This document shows, one piece after another, positions 52,125-64,000 of a stretch of 64,000 nucleotides of DNA. Made by a program: the position numbers and the translations under genes. The notes below the pieces were generated by a model. That model was not told where the DNA came from, did no database searches, and worked only from the letters and a program-made list of their open reading frames with translations. The stretch lies in the NCBI RefSeq assembly GCF_045037415.1, contig NZ_CP173438.1; one strand, written 5' to 3'. The first letter of the stretch is position 1; the number at the start of each line of letters is the position of its first letter. The DNA is from Escherichia coli. Its GTDB lineage: Bacteria; Pseudomonadota; Gammaproteobacteria; Enterobacterales; Enterobacteriaceae.

Positions 52125-52544
52125 TCAGAACGTCACGCCAGCACAGAGAATGATATTCGCATACGGAGAACATTCTCCGCTGCGAATTACCGCCTGACTT
52201 TCTGCGGTTTGTTGTTTGAATTGTTCATGCGTGGTGTAACGAATTTCAATGGTGTTTCCCTGGTGTTGTTGCAGCTGCTCAAGGTGAGTGAGCAACGTTT
52301 CGTGGAGTTGCGGATTATGTTGTTTGATCTCTTCCGCGATAATGACAGCCTCGACCTGCATTTCATTTGTGACGACGCCCAGCACCTGCATAAAAGAAGG
52401 TACACCCTGGGTTAATGCCATATCGATACGCGTTGTACTTTTGGGGATGGGTAAACCAGCATCACACACCACCAGCGTATCGGTATGTCCCAGTCGGGAG
52501 ATCACCGATGAAATATCAGAATTAAGAACGGTGCCTTTTTTCAT
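52125..52544 (-). CDS. rbsD: D-ribose pyranase (139 aa)
   Basis: ORF track 52125..52556; start trimmed to [20 protein letters not shown]. Confidence 0.9.
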   Translation of the reverse strand: MKKGTVLNSDISSVISRLGHTDTLVVCDAGLPIPKSTTRIDMALTQGVPSFMQVLGVVTNEMQVEAVIIAEEIKQHNPQLHETLLTHLEQLQQHQGNTIEIRYTTHEQFKQQTAESQAVIRSGECSPYANIILCAGVTF

Positions 52545-52556
52545 TTTTTTCTCCAT

Positions 52557-52574
52557 CAGCGAAACGTTTCGCTG
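52557..52574. promoter_or_regulatory. RbsR operator candidate: perfect 18-bp palindrome CAGCGAAACGTTTCGCTG
   Basis: Sequence is its own reverse complement; sits 13 bp upstream of the rbsD start codon; LacI/GalR-type CG-centred half-sites. Confidence 0.7.
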
Positions 52575-52710
52575 ACCCGCAGTTTAATCCTGACTGAGTT
52601 GGGAAAACCATCGTGACGTTACGGAAATGTGATCAACCTCGAAACGTTTTACATGGTGATTAACCATGAAAACAAAAACGCCCCCTTATGGAGAAAGGAG
52701 GCGTCTGGCG

Positions 52711-54579
52711 TTAGATTTCGACCTGAGTACCCAGTTCGATAACTCTGTTTGGCGGGATTTCAAATTGATCCGGTGCCCGCAGCGCATTACGTTGCAGCAG
52801 CAAGTACAGCTTGCCGCGCAGACGCAAATACCACGGGCGTTTGCCGAGGATCAACGACTCATGCGACATAAAGAAGGAGGTTTCCATCATCCGGCAGCTT
52901 AATCCTTCCAGACCGCAGCGGTGGAAAACTTCTTCCACGTTTGGCGTTTCTCGCCAACCATAACTTGCCACCACGCGCCAGAAAGTGGGCGACAGTTGTT
53001 CAATCTGTACCCGACGGACGTTATGGACATATGGCGCGTCTTCGGTGCGCAGAGTTAACAGAATCACCCGCTCATGCAATACCTTGTTATGTTTAAGGTT
53101 ATGCATCAGCGCAAAGGGAATGACGTTGATTGCACGCGACATATACACCGCGGTCCCAGGCACGCGAACGGGCGGTGATTTCTCCAGCGAAGCAATCATC
53201 GCTTCCAGAGAGTTACCATGTTCATGCATCCGCCGCAGCAAGCGGAAACGCTCGCTCTTCCAGGTGGTCATCACGATAAACATCACCGTACCGAGGCTCA
53301 ATGGCAACCAGCCACCGGAGAGCAGTTTATCGAGGTTAGCGGTGAACAAGGGAATATCGACACAAAGGAAAGCAATCAGGATCAGCGCAACAAAATACTT
53401 ATTCCAGTGCCAGTTCTGACGTGCCACGGTAGTCGAGAGAATAGACGTCAGCACCATGGTTCCGGTCACCGCAATCCCGTACGCCGCCGCCAGGTTGCTG
53501 GAGTGCTCAAAGCTGACAATCACAATCACGACCGCGACATAGAGCATCCAGTTCACAAAGGGAATATAGATTTGCCCTGACTCCATTTCGGAGGTGTGAA
53601 TAATGCGCATCGGCGACAAATATCCCAGACGTACCGCCTGACGCGTCAATGAGAAGACGCCAGAGATAACCGCCTGCGAGGCAATTACCGTCGCCAGTGC
53701 GGCGATGATCAGCAGCGGGATCAGCGCCCAGTCCGGTGCCAACAGGAAGAACGGGTTCTTAATCGCTTCCGGATTCTTTAACAACAGCGCTCCCTGGCCG
53801 AAGTAATTAAGGGTTAAGGAAGGCAATACGACGGTGAACCACGCCAGACGAATAGGGAACTTACCAAAGTGCCCCATATCAGCATACAGCGCCTCGACCC
53901 CCGTAATCGACAGCACCACTGCCCCTAATGCAATAAAAGAAACCGTTTTGTATTCAAGGAAGAAATGCACCGCCCACATCGGATTCAGTGCATGCAGCAC
54001 TTCCGGGTTAGCAATAATGCTACGTAACCCCAGCCCTGCCAGAATCAAAAACCAGGTCAGCATGATCGGCGCAAACAGCTTACCGACCATAGCTGTGCCA
54101 TGTTTTTGAATCATGAATAATAATGTGAGAACGATAATTGAGAGGGGAACTATCCAGGTATCCAGCTGCGGGGCGACGATTTCCAGACCTTCAATGGCGG
54201 ACATCACCGAAATAGCGGGAGTAATGACGACTTCACCATAGAAAAAGCTGCCGCCGATTAGCCCCATAATCACCAGCATTGATGTGGTTCGCGCCGACGT
54301 ATTACGCCCGGCAAGCGACATCAACGTCAGGATCCCCCCTTCACCGGCGTTATCTGCCCGCATCACGAAGGTGAGATATTTAATGGAAACCACAAAGATT
54401 AGCAGCCAGAAGATCAGCGATAAAAAGCCAAACACGGCATCGCGTTCAACGCCAAAACCAAACTGGCCGGACAAACATTCACGAAGTGTATATAACGGGC
54501 TGGTACCAATATCGCCGTAGACAACTCCAATCGCCGCGAGGGTAATCGCGGGCAATGATTGCTTATTATCAGTGCTCAT
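52711..54579 (-). CDS. kup: Low-affinity potassium uptake protein Kup (622 aa)
   Basis: ORF track; [32 protein letters not shown]. Confidence 0.95.
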
Positions 54580-54801
54580 AGACTAGTCTTTCGTTGAAAT
54601 ATGAAATGTGTGCTTAGTCCCTTGGCCCACAAAAAAGCGCACAGTATGCACGATTAACGGCAAAATCGTACTCCTAAATGCGGCCACATTAACCTGGCTC
54701 AAAGAAAAATACCCCTCCTTTGAGACTATTTTAGCCACCAGCAAGAAACGTCTATACTCGCAATTTACGCAGAACTTTTGATGAAAGGACGCCACTTCAT
54801 T

Positions 54802-56298
54802 ATGGCTCACCCTCATTTATTAGCGGAAAGAATTTCCCGCCTGAGCAGTTCGTTGGAAAAGGGGCTTTATGAACGTAGCCACGCCATCCGCTTGTGTTTA
54901 TTAGCGGCATTAAGTGGTGAAAGTGTGTTCCTCCTTGGCCCACCAGGTATTGCCAAAAGTTTGATCGCCCGGCGCTTAAAATTCGCCTTTCAGAATGCCC
55001 GCGCGTTTGAATATCTGATGACCCGCTTCTCCACGCCGGAAGAAGTTTTTGGTCCCCTTTCTATTCAGGCGCTAAAAGATGAAGGGCGCTATGAACGTTT
55101 AACCAGCGGTTACCTGCCGGAAGCTGAAATCGTCTTTCTGGATGAGATCTGGAAAGCGGGTCCGGCAATTCTTAATACCTTGCTCACCGCCATTAACGAG
55201 CGCCAGTTCCGCAACGGCGCACTCGTAGAAAAAATCCCGATGCGTCTGCTGGTGGCGGCCTCCAACGAGCTGCCGGAAGCAGACAGCAGTCTGGAAGCGT
55301 TATATGACCGCATGCTGATTCGTCTGTGGTTAGATAAAGTGCAGGATAAAGCGAATTTCCGCTCCATGCTGACCAGTCAACAGGATGAAAATGACAATCC
55401 GGTTCCTGCCTCCTTGCAGATCACAGATGAAGAATATGAACGCTGGCAGAAAGAGATTGGTGAAATTACGCTGCCCGATCATGTATTTGAGCTGATTTTT
55501 ATGCTGCGCCAGCAACTGGATAAATTACCGGATGCGCCTTATGTCTCGGATCGTCGCTGGAAAAAAGCGATCCGCTTATTGCAGGCCAGCGCCTTTTTTA
55601 GCGGTCGCAGTGCTGTTGCCCCGGTTGATCTCATTTTGCTGAAAGATTGCCTGTGGTATGACGCGCAAAGCCTGAATTTGATACAACAACAAATTGATGT
55701 ATTGATGACCGGTCATGCCTGGCAACAGCAAGGGATGTTGACCCGCCTGGGCGCGATTGTGCAACGTCACCTGCAACTCCAGCAGCAACAAAGCGATAAA
55801 ACAGCCTTAACGGTAATTCGTCTGGGCGGCATTTTCAGCCGTCGTCAGCAGTATCAACTTCCTGTTAACGTTACTGCTTCCACTCTGACTCTGCTGCTGC
55901 AAAAACCGTTAAAATTGCATGATATGGAAGTGGTTCATATCTCCTTTGAGCGTAGCGCGCTGGAACAGTGGCTGAGTAAAGGTGGTGAGATTCGCGGCAA
56001 ACTGAACGGTATCGGCTTTGCCCAGAAACTGAATCTGGAAGTGGATAGCGCCCAACATCTTGTTGTACGCGATGTAAGTTTACAAGGCAGTACGCTGGCA
56101 CTTCCCGGTTCATCGGCTGAAGGTCTGCCAGGTGAAATAAAACAACAACTGGAAGAGCTTGAAAGCGACTGGCGCAAGCAACACGCTTTATTCAGCGAAC
56201 AGCAAAAATGTCTGTTTATCCCTGGCGACTGGTTAGGTCGCATTGAAGCCAGCCTACAGGATGTCGGCGCACAGATTCGCCAGGCACAACAATGCTAA
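54802..56298 (+). CDS. ravA: MoxR-family AAA+ ATPase RavA (498 aa)
   Basis: ORF track 54778..56298; start trimmed to [14 protein letters not shown]; Walker A GPPGIAKS. Confidence 0.9.
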
Positions 56299-57743
56299 CG
56301 CTGGATACGCTTAATGTGATGCTGGCCGTCAGCGAAGAGGGATTGATCGAAGAGATGATCATCGCGCTGCTGGCCTCACCGCAGCTGGCAGTCTTCTTTG
56401 AAAAATTCCCACGACTGAAGGCGGCAATCACTGATGATGTTCCCCGCTGGCGTGAGGCGCTGCGCAGTCGGCTGAAAGATGCCCGAGTCCCGCCGGAACT
56501 CACCGAAGAGGTGATGTGCTATCAGCAAAGCCAGCTCCTCTCCACGCCGCAGTTTATTGTGCAGCTACCACAGATCCTGGACTTACTGCATCGTCTGAAT
56601 TCCCCATGGGCAGAACAAGCCCGACAGTTGGTTGATGCTAACAGCACGATCACTTCAGCGTTACACACGCTTTTTCTCCAGCGTTGGCGTTTAAGTCTGA
56701 TCGTGCAAGCAACGACGTTAAATCAACAGCTATTAGAAGAAGAACGCGAACAACTGTTGAGTGAAGTTCAGGAACGCATGACGCTGAGCGGACAACTTGA
56801 ACCGATTCTCGCAGATAACAATACCGCAGCTGGTCGTCTGTGGGATATGAGCGCCGGTCAGCTTAAACGTGGCGACTATCAGTTGATTGTGAAATACGGT
56901 GAATTTCTTAACGAACAGCCGGAACTGAAACGCCTGGCAGAACAGCTGGGGCGTTCCCGGGAAGCCAAATCAATACCGCGCAACGATGCGCAGATGGAAA
57001 CCTTCCGCACCCTGGTGCGCGAACCGGCGACGGTTCCTGAGCAGGTTGATGGTCTGCAACAAAGCGATGATATTTTACGTCTCCTGCCGCCAGAACTGGC
57101 GACACTAGGGATAACAGAACTGGAGTATGAGTTTTACCGTCGGCTGGTGGAAAAACAGTTGCTCACCTATCGCCTGCATGGTGAGTCGTGGCGTGAAAAA
57201 GTGATCGAACGCCCGGTGGTGCATAAAGATTACGACGAACAGCCGCGCGGACCGTTTATTGTCTGTGTGGATACTTCCGGCTCAATGGGCGGCTTTAATG
57301 AACAGTGTGCGAAAGCGTTCTGCCTGGCCTTGATGCGCATTGCTCTCGCTGAAAACCGGCGCTGCTATATTATGCTATTTTCCACCGAGATCGTCCGTTA
57401 TGAGCTTTCAGGCCCACAAGGCATCGAACAAGCAATCCGTTTTTTAAGTCAGCAGTTTCGTGGCGGCACCGATCTTGCCAGTTGTTTTCGCGCCATTATG
57501 GAACGCTTGCAAAGCCGGGAATGGTTTGATGCCGATGCGGTGGTGATTTCTGATTTTATCGCCCAGCGGTTGCCTGACGACGTGACGAGTAAAGTGAAAG
57601 AGCTACAGCGGGTACATCAGCATCGCTTTCATGCCGTGGCGATGTCTGCACATGGCAAACCCGGCATCATGCGCATTTTCGATCATATCTGGCGCTTTGA
57701 TACCGGGATGCGAAGCCGCCTGCTCAGACGCTGGCGGCGATAA
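56292..57743 (+). CDS. viaA: VWA-domain protein ViaA (483 aa)
   Basis: ORF track; 7-bp overlap with ravA. Confidence 0.9.
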
Positions 57744-57747
57744 ATTA

Positions 57748-58740
57748 TTACAGCAGAGAAGGGACGCTCTCGCGAACAGCTGCCGGCCATACACCACACT
57801 GAACCTGGCCGATATGTGGCAGTTGCAGCAGCAGCATGGTCAAACGAGACTGCCCGATACCGCCGCCGATGGTCTGCGGCATTTCACCGCGCAGCAGCGC
57901 CTGATGCCACTCCAGCTCCAGGCGATCTTCGTCACCGGTCAGCGCCAGCTGATGCTTCAGCGTGTCGGCATCCACGCGGATCCCCATGGAAGAAAGCTCA
58001 AACGCATCTTCCAGTACCGGGTTCCACACCAGAATATCGCCGTTCAGACCCGCATGGCCCAGCTCTGACGGGGTGCTCCAGTCATCATAATCCGGTGCGC
58101 GCACGTCGTGACGATGACCATCACTCAACTTGCCGCCAATCCCGACGAGGAATACCGCGCCAAGATCTTTCGCAATCGCCCGCTCACGCCCTTTGGCATC
58201 GAGATCCGGATAACGAGACAGTAACTCCTGGCTGTGTACGAAGTGGATCTGATCCGGCAGGAACGGTGCCAGGCCAAACTCTTTGCTAACCGCAGCTTCG
58301 GTTGCTTTAATTCCCGCCCAGATCGCCTCTACCGTGCTTTTCAGAGTCGAGAATTGACGCTCGCCGTCGCCCATTACGCGTTCCCAGTCCCACTGGTCTA
58401 CATAGACCGAGTGCAACGGGGAAAGACGGTCTTCATCGGGGCGAAGGGCTTTCATGTGCGTGTACAGCCCTTCGCCCGCGCTGAAGTCGTGTTGCCCTAA
58501 GGTCTGACGTTTCCACTTCGCCAGTGAATGAACCACTTCGAACTGGGCATCAGGCAGAGCTTTCACTTTTACCTGCACCGCTTTTTCACAGCCCGACAAG
58601 TTATCCTGCGTGCCATCCCCCACACGGCTAAGAATCGGCGCCTGGACTTCGATCAGCCCCAGACGTTCTTCCAGTTGACGAGAAAAGTGAGATTTCACGA
58701 AGCTAATTTGACGTTGTTTGGCAATGTAAGCGGTTTTCAT
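57748..58740 (-). CDS. asnA: Aspartate-ammonia ligase (asparagine synthetase A, 330 aa)
   Basis: ORF track; [38 protein letters not shown]. Confidence 0.95.
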   Translation of the reverse strand: MKTAYIAKQRQISFVKSHFSRQLEERLGLIEVQAPILSRVGDGTQDNLSGCEKAVQVKVKALPDAQFEVVHSLAKWKRQTLGQHDFSAGEGLYTHMKALRPDEDRLSPLHSVYVDQWDWERVMGDGERQFSTLKSTVEAIWAGIKATEAAVSKEFGLAPFLPDQIHFVHSQELLSRYPDLDAKGRERAIAKDLGAVFLVGIGGKLSDGHRHDVRAPDYDDWSTPSELGHAGLNGDILVWNPVLEDAFELSSMGIRVDADTLKHQLALTGDEDRLELEWHQALLRGEMPQTIGGGIGQSRLTMLLLQLPHIGQVQCGVWPAAVRESVPSLL

Positions 58741-58891
58741 TTTTTATACTCCTGCGTCCTGTTGCTTATGATTAAGCAACAAAAACCGACACACATGCAA
58801 TAATCATTCAATAAAAAGCCTCACGTGCTTTTGATTCATTAAAAAAGAAGGCTAAAATAGAATGAATCATCAATCCGCATAAGAAAATCCT

Positions 58892-59350
58892 ATGGAAAAT
58901 TATCTGATCGACAATCTGGACCGTGGCATCCTGGAAGCATTAATGGGCAATGCGCGCACCGCTTACGCCGAACTGGCGAAACAATTTGGCGTCAGTCCGG
59001 GGACGATTCACGTTCGAGTAGAGAAAATGAAGCAGGCGGGGATCATTACCGGGGCGCGTATTGATGTCAGCCCGAAGCAGCTTGGTTATGACGTAGGCTG
59101 CTTTATCGGCATTATATTAAAGAGCGCCAAAGACTATCCTTCCGCGCTGGCAAAGCTGGAAAGCCTCGATGAAGTCACTGAAGCCTATTACACAACCGGC
59201 CACTACAGCATCTTTATAAAAGTGATGTGCCGTTCGATCGATGCTCTCCAGCATGTACTTATCAACAAGATCCAAACAATTGATGAAATTCAGTCCACCG
59301 AGACACTGATCGTCCTGCAGAACCCGATCATGCGTACCATTAAGCCCTGA
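58892..59350 (+). CDS. asnC: Lrp/AsnC-family regulator AsnC (152 aa)
   Basis: ORF track; divergent from asnA. Confidence 0.95.
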   Translation: MENYLIDNLDRGILEALMGNARTAYAELAKQFGVSPGTIHVRVEKMKQAGIITGARIDVSPKQLGYDVGCFIGIILKSAKDYPSALAKLESLDEVTEAYYTTGHYSIFIKVMCRSIDALQHVLINKIQTIDEIQSTETLIVLQNPIMRTIKP

Positions 59351-59371
59351 TCGGCTTTTTTAATCCCATAC

Positions 59372-59380
59372 TTTTCCACA
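59372..59380 (+). promoter_or_regulatory. DnaA-box-like 9-mer TTTTCCACA in the mioC promoter region
   Basis: One mismatch from TTATCCACA; 60 bp upstream of mioC start. Confidence 0.5.
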
Positions 59381-59439
59381 GGTAGATCCCAACGCGTTCA
59401 CAGCGTACAATACGCCACTCTTAATAAAGGTGGCGGTTT

Positions 59440-59883
59440 ATGGCAGATATCACTCTTATCAGCGGCAGCACCCTCGGCGGTGCCGAATATGTAGCAGAAC
59501 ACCTGGCTGAAAAGCTGGAAGAGGCGGGTTTTACCACCGAAACGCTGCACGGTCCGCTGTTGGAAGATTTATCTGCCTCGGGGATCTGGCTGGTTATCAG
59601 CTCAACCCACGGTGCCGGAGATATTCCGGACAACCTTTCTCCTTTCTATGAAGCATTGCAGGAACAGAAGCCCGATCTTTCTGCGGTCCGCTTTGGCGCA
59701 ATCGGTATTGGTAGTCGTGAATATGACACCTTTTGTGGGGCTATCGATAAAATCGAGGCAGAACTCAAAAATTCCGGAGCAAAACAGACAGGCGAAACAC
59801 TGAAGATCAACATTCTTGATCACAACATTCCGGAGGATCCGGCAGAAGAATGGCTGGGATCGTGGATTAATTTACTCAAATAA
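59440..59883 (+). CDS. mioC: Flavodoxin-like FMN protein MioC (147 aa)
   Basis: ORF track; MADITLISGSTLGGAEYVAEHLAEKLEEAGF; transcribed toward oriC. Confidence 0.95.
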   Translation: MADITLISGSTLGGAEYVAEHLAEKLEEAGFTTETLHGPLLEDLSASGIWLVISSTHGAGDIPDNLSPFYEALQEQKPDLSAVRFGAIGIGSREYDTFCGAIDKIEAELKNSGAKQTGETLKINILDHNIPEDPAEEWLGSWINLLK

Positions 59884-59895
59884 GTATACAGATCG

Positions 59896-60173
59896 TGCGA
59901 TCTACTGTGGATAACTCTGTCAGGAAGCTTGGATCAAACGGTAGTTATCCAAAGAACAACGATTGTTCAGTTTTTGAGTTGTGTATAACCCCTCATTCTG
60001 ATCCCAGCTTATACGGTCCAGGATCACCGATCATTCACAGTTAATGATCCTTTCCAGGTTGTTGATCTTAAAAGCCGGATCCTTGTTATCCACAGGGCAG
60101 TGCGATCCTAATAAGAGATCACAATAGAACAGATCTCTAAATAAATAGATCTTCTTTTTAATACCCAGGATCC
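59896..60173. other. oriC: Chromosomal replication origin oriC
   Basis: Reverse complement matches the classic E. coli oriC: DnaA boxes R4 (59906-59914), R3-like (59945-59953), R2 (59980-59988), R1 (60086-60094), three 13-mers, 14 GATC sites, BamHI site at 60168-60173. Confidence 0.95.
60108..60151. repeat. oriC DNA-unwinding element: three AT-rich 13-mers (R 60108-60120, M 60123-60135, L 60139-60151)
   Basis: ctaataagagatc, aatagaacagatc, aaataaatagatc are the reverse complements of GATCTCTTATTAG, GATCTGTTCTATT, GATCTATTTATTT. Confidence 0.9.
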
Positions 60174-60261
60174 CAGGTCTTTCTCAAGCCGACAAAGTTG
60201 AGTAGAATCCACGGCCCGGGCTTCAATCCATTTTCATACCGCGTTATGCGAGGCAATCACC

Positions 60262-62151
60262 ATGTTTTATCCGGATCCTTTTGACGTCATCATCATTGGC
60301 GGGGGTCATGCAGGCACCGAGGCCGCGATGGCCGCGGCGCGTATGGGTCAACAGACTCTGCTTTTGACACACAATATCGACACTCTGGGGCAGATGAGCT
60401 GCAACCCGGCGATCGGCGGTATTGGGAAGGGACATCTGGTAAAAGAAGTGGATGCACTCGGCGGTCTGATGGCGAAAGCGATCGATCAGGCGGGTATCCA
60501 GTTTAGGATACTAAACGCAAGCAAGGGACCGGCGGTTCGCGCTACCCGAGCTCAGGCAGATCGTGTGCTCTACCGTCAGGCGGTACGTACGGCGCTGGAG
60601 AACCAACCGAACCTGATGATCTTCCAGCAGGCGGTTGAAGATCTTATTGTCGAAAACGATCGCGTGGTCGGTGCCGTTACCCAAATGGGACTGAAGTTCC
60701 GTGCCAAAGCTGTCGTGCTCACCGTTGGGACGTTCCTCGACGGTAAAATTCATATCGGTCTGGATAATTACAGCGGTGGCCGTGCTGGTGATCCGCCGTC
60801 CATTCCGCTTTCTCGCCGTTTGCGTGAACTGCCGCTGCGCGTTGGTCGTCTGAAAACCGGGACACCACCGCGTATTGATGCTCGAACCATCGACTTTAGC
60901 GTACTGGCGCAACAGCATGGCGATAACCCAATGCCGGTATTCTCGTTTATGGGCAATGCGTCCCAGCATCCCCAGCAGGTGCCGTGTTATATCACTCATA
61001 CCAACGAGAAAACCCATGATGTGATCCGCAGTAATCTCGATCGTAGCCCAATGTACGCAGGGGTGATCGAAGGTGTCGGCCCACGCTACTGCCCGTCGAT
61101 TGAAGACAAAGTCATGCGCTTTGCCGACAGAAATCAGCATCAGATCTTCCTTGAACCGGAAGGGCTGACCTCTAACGAAATTTATCCGAACGGTATCTCC
61201 ACCAGCCTGCCGTTCGATGTGCAGATGCAAATCGTCCGCTCCATGCAGGGGATGGAAAACGCGAAGATCGTGCGTCCGGGTTATGCCATTGAGTATGACT
61301 TCTTCGATCCACGCGACCTGAAACCGACGCTGGAGAGCAAGTTTATCCAGGGGCTGTTCTTTGCTGGTCAGATTAACGGCACTACCGGTTACGAAGAAGC
61401 CGCTGCGCAAGGTTTGCTGGCTGGTCTTAACGCTGCCCGTCTGTCTGCTGACAAAGAAGGTTGGGCTCCGGCGCGTTCTCAGGCGTATCTCGGCGTACTG
61501 GTTGATGACCTGTGCACTTTAGGAACCAAAGAACCGTATCGTATGTTTACCTCGCGCGCAGAATATCGTCTGATGCTGCGCGAAGATAATGCTGATCTGC
61601 GTTTGACTGAAATCGGTCGTGAACTGGGCCTGGTGGATGACGAACGTTGGGCGCGCTTTAACGAGAAACTTGAGAATATCGAGCGTGAGCGTCAGCGTCT
61701 GAAATCGACCTGGGTAACCCCGTCGGCGGAAGCTGCAGCCGAAGTGAATGCTCACCTGACTGCGCCGCTTTCCCGTGAAGCCAGTGGTGAAGATCTGCTA
61801 CGTCGTCCTGAAATGACTTATGAAAAATTAACCACGCTGACACCGTTTGCCCCTGCGTTGACAGATGAACAGGCTGCGGAACAGGTTGAGATTCAGGTTA
61901 AATACGAAGGTTATATCGCGCGCCAGCAAGATGAGATCGAAAAGCAGCTGCGTAACGAGAATACCCTGCTACCAGCGACGCTGGATTACCGCCAGGTATC
62001 CGGTCTTTCTAACGAAGTGATCGCCAAACTTAACGATCACAAACCGGCCTCTATTGGCCAGGCTTCGCGTATTTCTGGCGTCACGCCTGCGGCTATCTCC
62101 ATTCTGCTGGTGTGGCTGAAAAAACAGGGTATGCTGCGTCGTAGCGCATAA
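60262..62151 (+). CDS. mnmG: tRNA uridine 5-carboxymethylaminomethyl modification enzyme MnmG/GidA (629 aa)
   Basis: ORF track; [32 protein letters not shown]-binding N-terminus. Confidence 0.95.
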
Positions 62152-62214
62152 CGCATTAAAAATGCCTGGTAAGCACCCGCTTACCAGGCAACGCATCAAG
62201 AACAGGTAATCACC

Positions 62215-62838
62215 GTGCTCAACAAACTCTCCTTACTGCTGAAAGACGCAGGTATTTCGCTTACCGATCACCAGAAAAACCAGCTTATTGCCTACGTGAA
62301 TATGCTGCATAAATGGAATAAAGCGTACAACCTGACTTCGGTCCGCGATCCTAATGAGATGCTGGTACGCCATATTCTCGATAGCATTGTGGTGGCACCG
62401 TATCTGCAAGGTGAACGGTTTATCGATGTCGGCACCGGACCGGGACTGCCTGGCATTCCACTCTCTATCGTGCGTCCTGAAGCTCATTTCACGTTGTTGG
62501 ATAGCCTTGGTAAACGCGTGCGTTTCCTTCGTCAGGTGCAACATGAGCTTAAACTGGAGAATATTGAGCCAGTACAGAGCAGGGTAGAAGAGTTTCCGTC
62601 AGAGCCGCCATTTGATGGCGTAATTAGCCGCGCTTTTGCCTCTCTGAACGATATGGTGAGCTGGTGCCACCATCTTCCTGGTGAGCAAGGCCGTTTCTAC
62701 GCGCTGAAAGGGCAAATGCCGGAAGATGAAATCGCTTTGTTGCCCGAAGAATATCAGGTCGAATCAGTGGTTAAACTTCAGGTTCCAGCCCTGGATGGCG
62801 AACGTCATCTGGTGGTGATTAAAGCAAATAAAATTTAA
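62215..62838 (+). CDS. rsmG: 16S rRNA m7G527 methyltransferase RsmG/GidB (207 aa)
   Basis: ORF track. Confidence 0.95.
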
Positions 62839-63442
62839 TTTTTATCAAAAAAATCATAAAAAATTGACCGGTTAGACTGTTAACAACAACCAGGTTTTCT
62901 ACTGATATAACTGGTTACATTTAACGCCACGTTCACTCTTTTGTATCAACAAGATAACGTGGCTTTTTTTGGTAAGCAGAAAATAAGTCATAAGTGAAAA
63001 TATCAGTCTGCTAAAAATCGGCGCTAAGAATCATCATTGACTGTTAAAACATTATTAAAAATGTCAATGGCTGGTTTTTGTTATGTAAATGTCATTTATT
63101 AAAACAGTATCTGTTTTTAGACTGAAATATCATAAACTTGCAAAGGCATCATTTGCCAAGTAAATAAATATGCTGTGCGCGAACATGCGCAATATGTGAT
63201 CTGAAGCACGCTTTATCACCAGTGTTTACGCGTTATTTACAGTTTTTCATGATCGAACAGGGTTTGCAGAAAAGTCGCAATTGTATGCACTGGAAAAATA
63301 TTTAAACATTTATTCACCTTTTGGCTACTTATTGTTTGAAATCACGGGGGCGCACCGTATAATTTGACCGCTTTTTGATGCTTGACTCTAAGCCTTAAAG
63401 AAAGTTTTATACGACACGCGGCATACCTCGAAGGGAGCAGGA

Positions 63443-64000
<558 letters not shown>

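Overview
This window reads as the oriC-proximal core chromosome of Escherichia coli (or a very close relative), in reverse orientation relative to the usual K-12 map. I see no accessory island and no unexplained gene-sized gap, so I cannot support a previously undescribed system here; the findings are second-look items inside a well-characterised locus. Gene order: hemY 3' end, glmZ sRNA, aslA/aslB, the proM-leuT-hisR-argX tRNA cluster, yifK, the complete enterobacterial common antigen (ECA) cluster wecG to wecA, rho with rhoL, trxA, rhlB, gppA, rep, ppiC, ilvC/ilvY, ilvGMEDA with ilvL and ilvX, yifB, maoP with a candidate maoS site, hdfR, the rrnC operon with trpT/aspT/gltU, yieP, hsrA, rbsRKBCAD, kup, ravA-viaA, asnA/asnC, mioC, oriC, mnmG, rsmG, atpI and the start of atpB. 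All identifications come from reading the sequence and the supplied ORF track against remembered protein, RNA and oriC sequences; no database search or alignment was run. Several CDS starts were trimmed from the longest-ORF track to the remembered N-termini. The one clear strain-level signal is an uninterrupted 548-aa ilvG, which is frameshifted in K-12.
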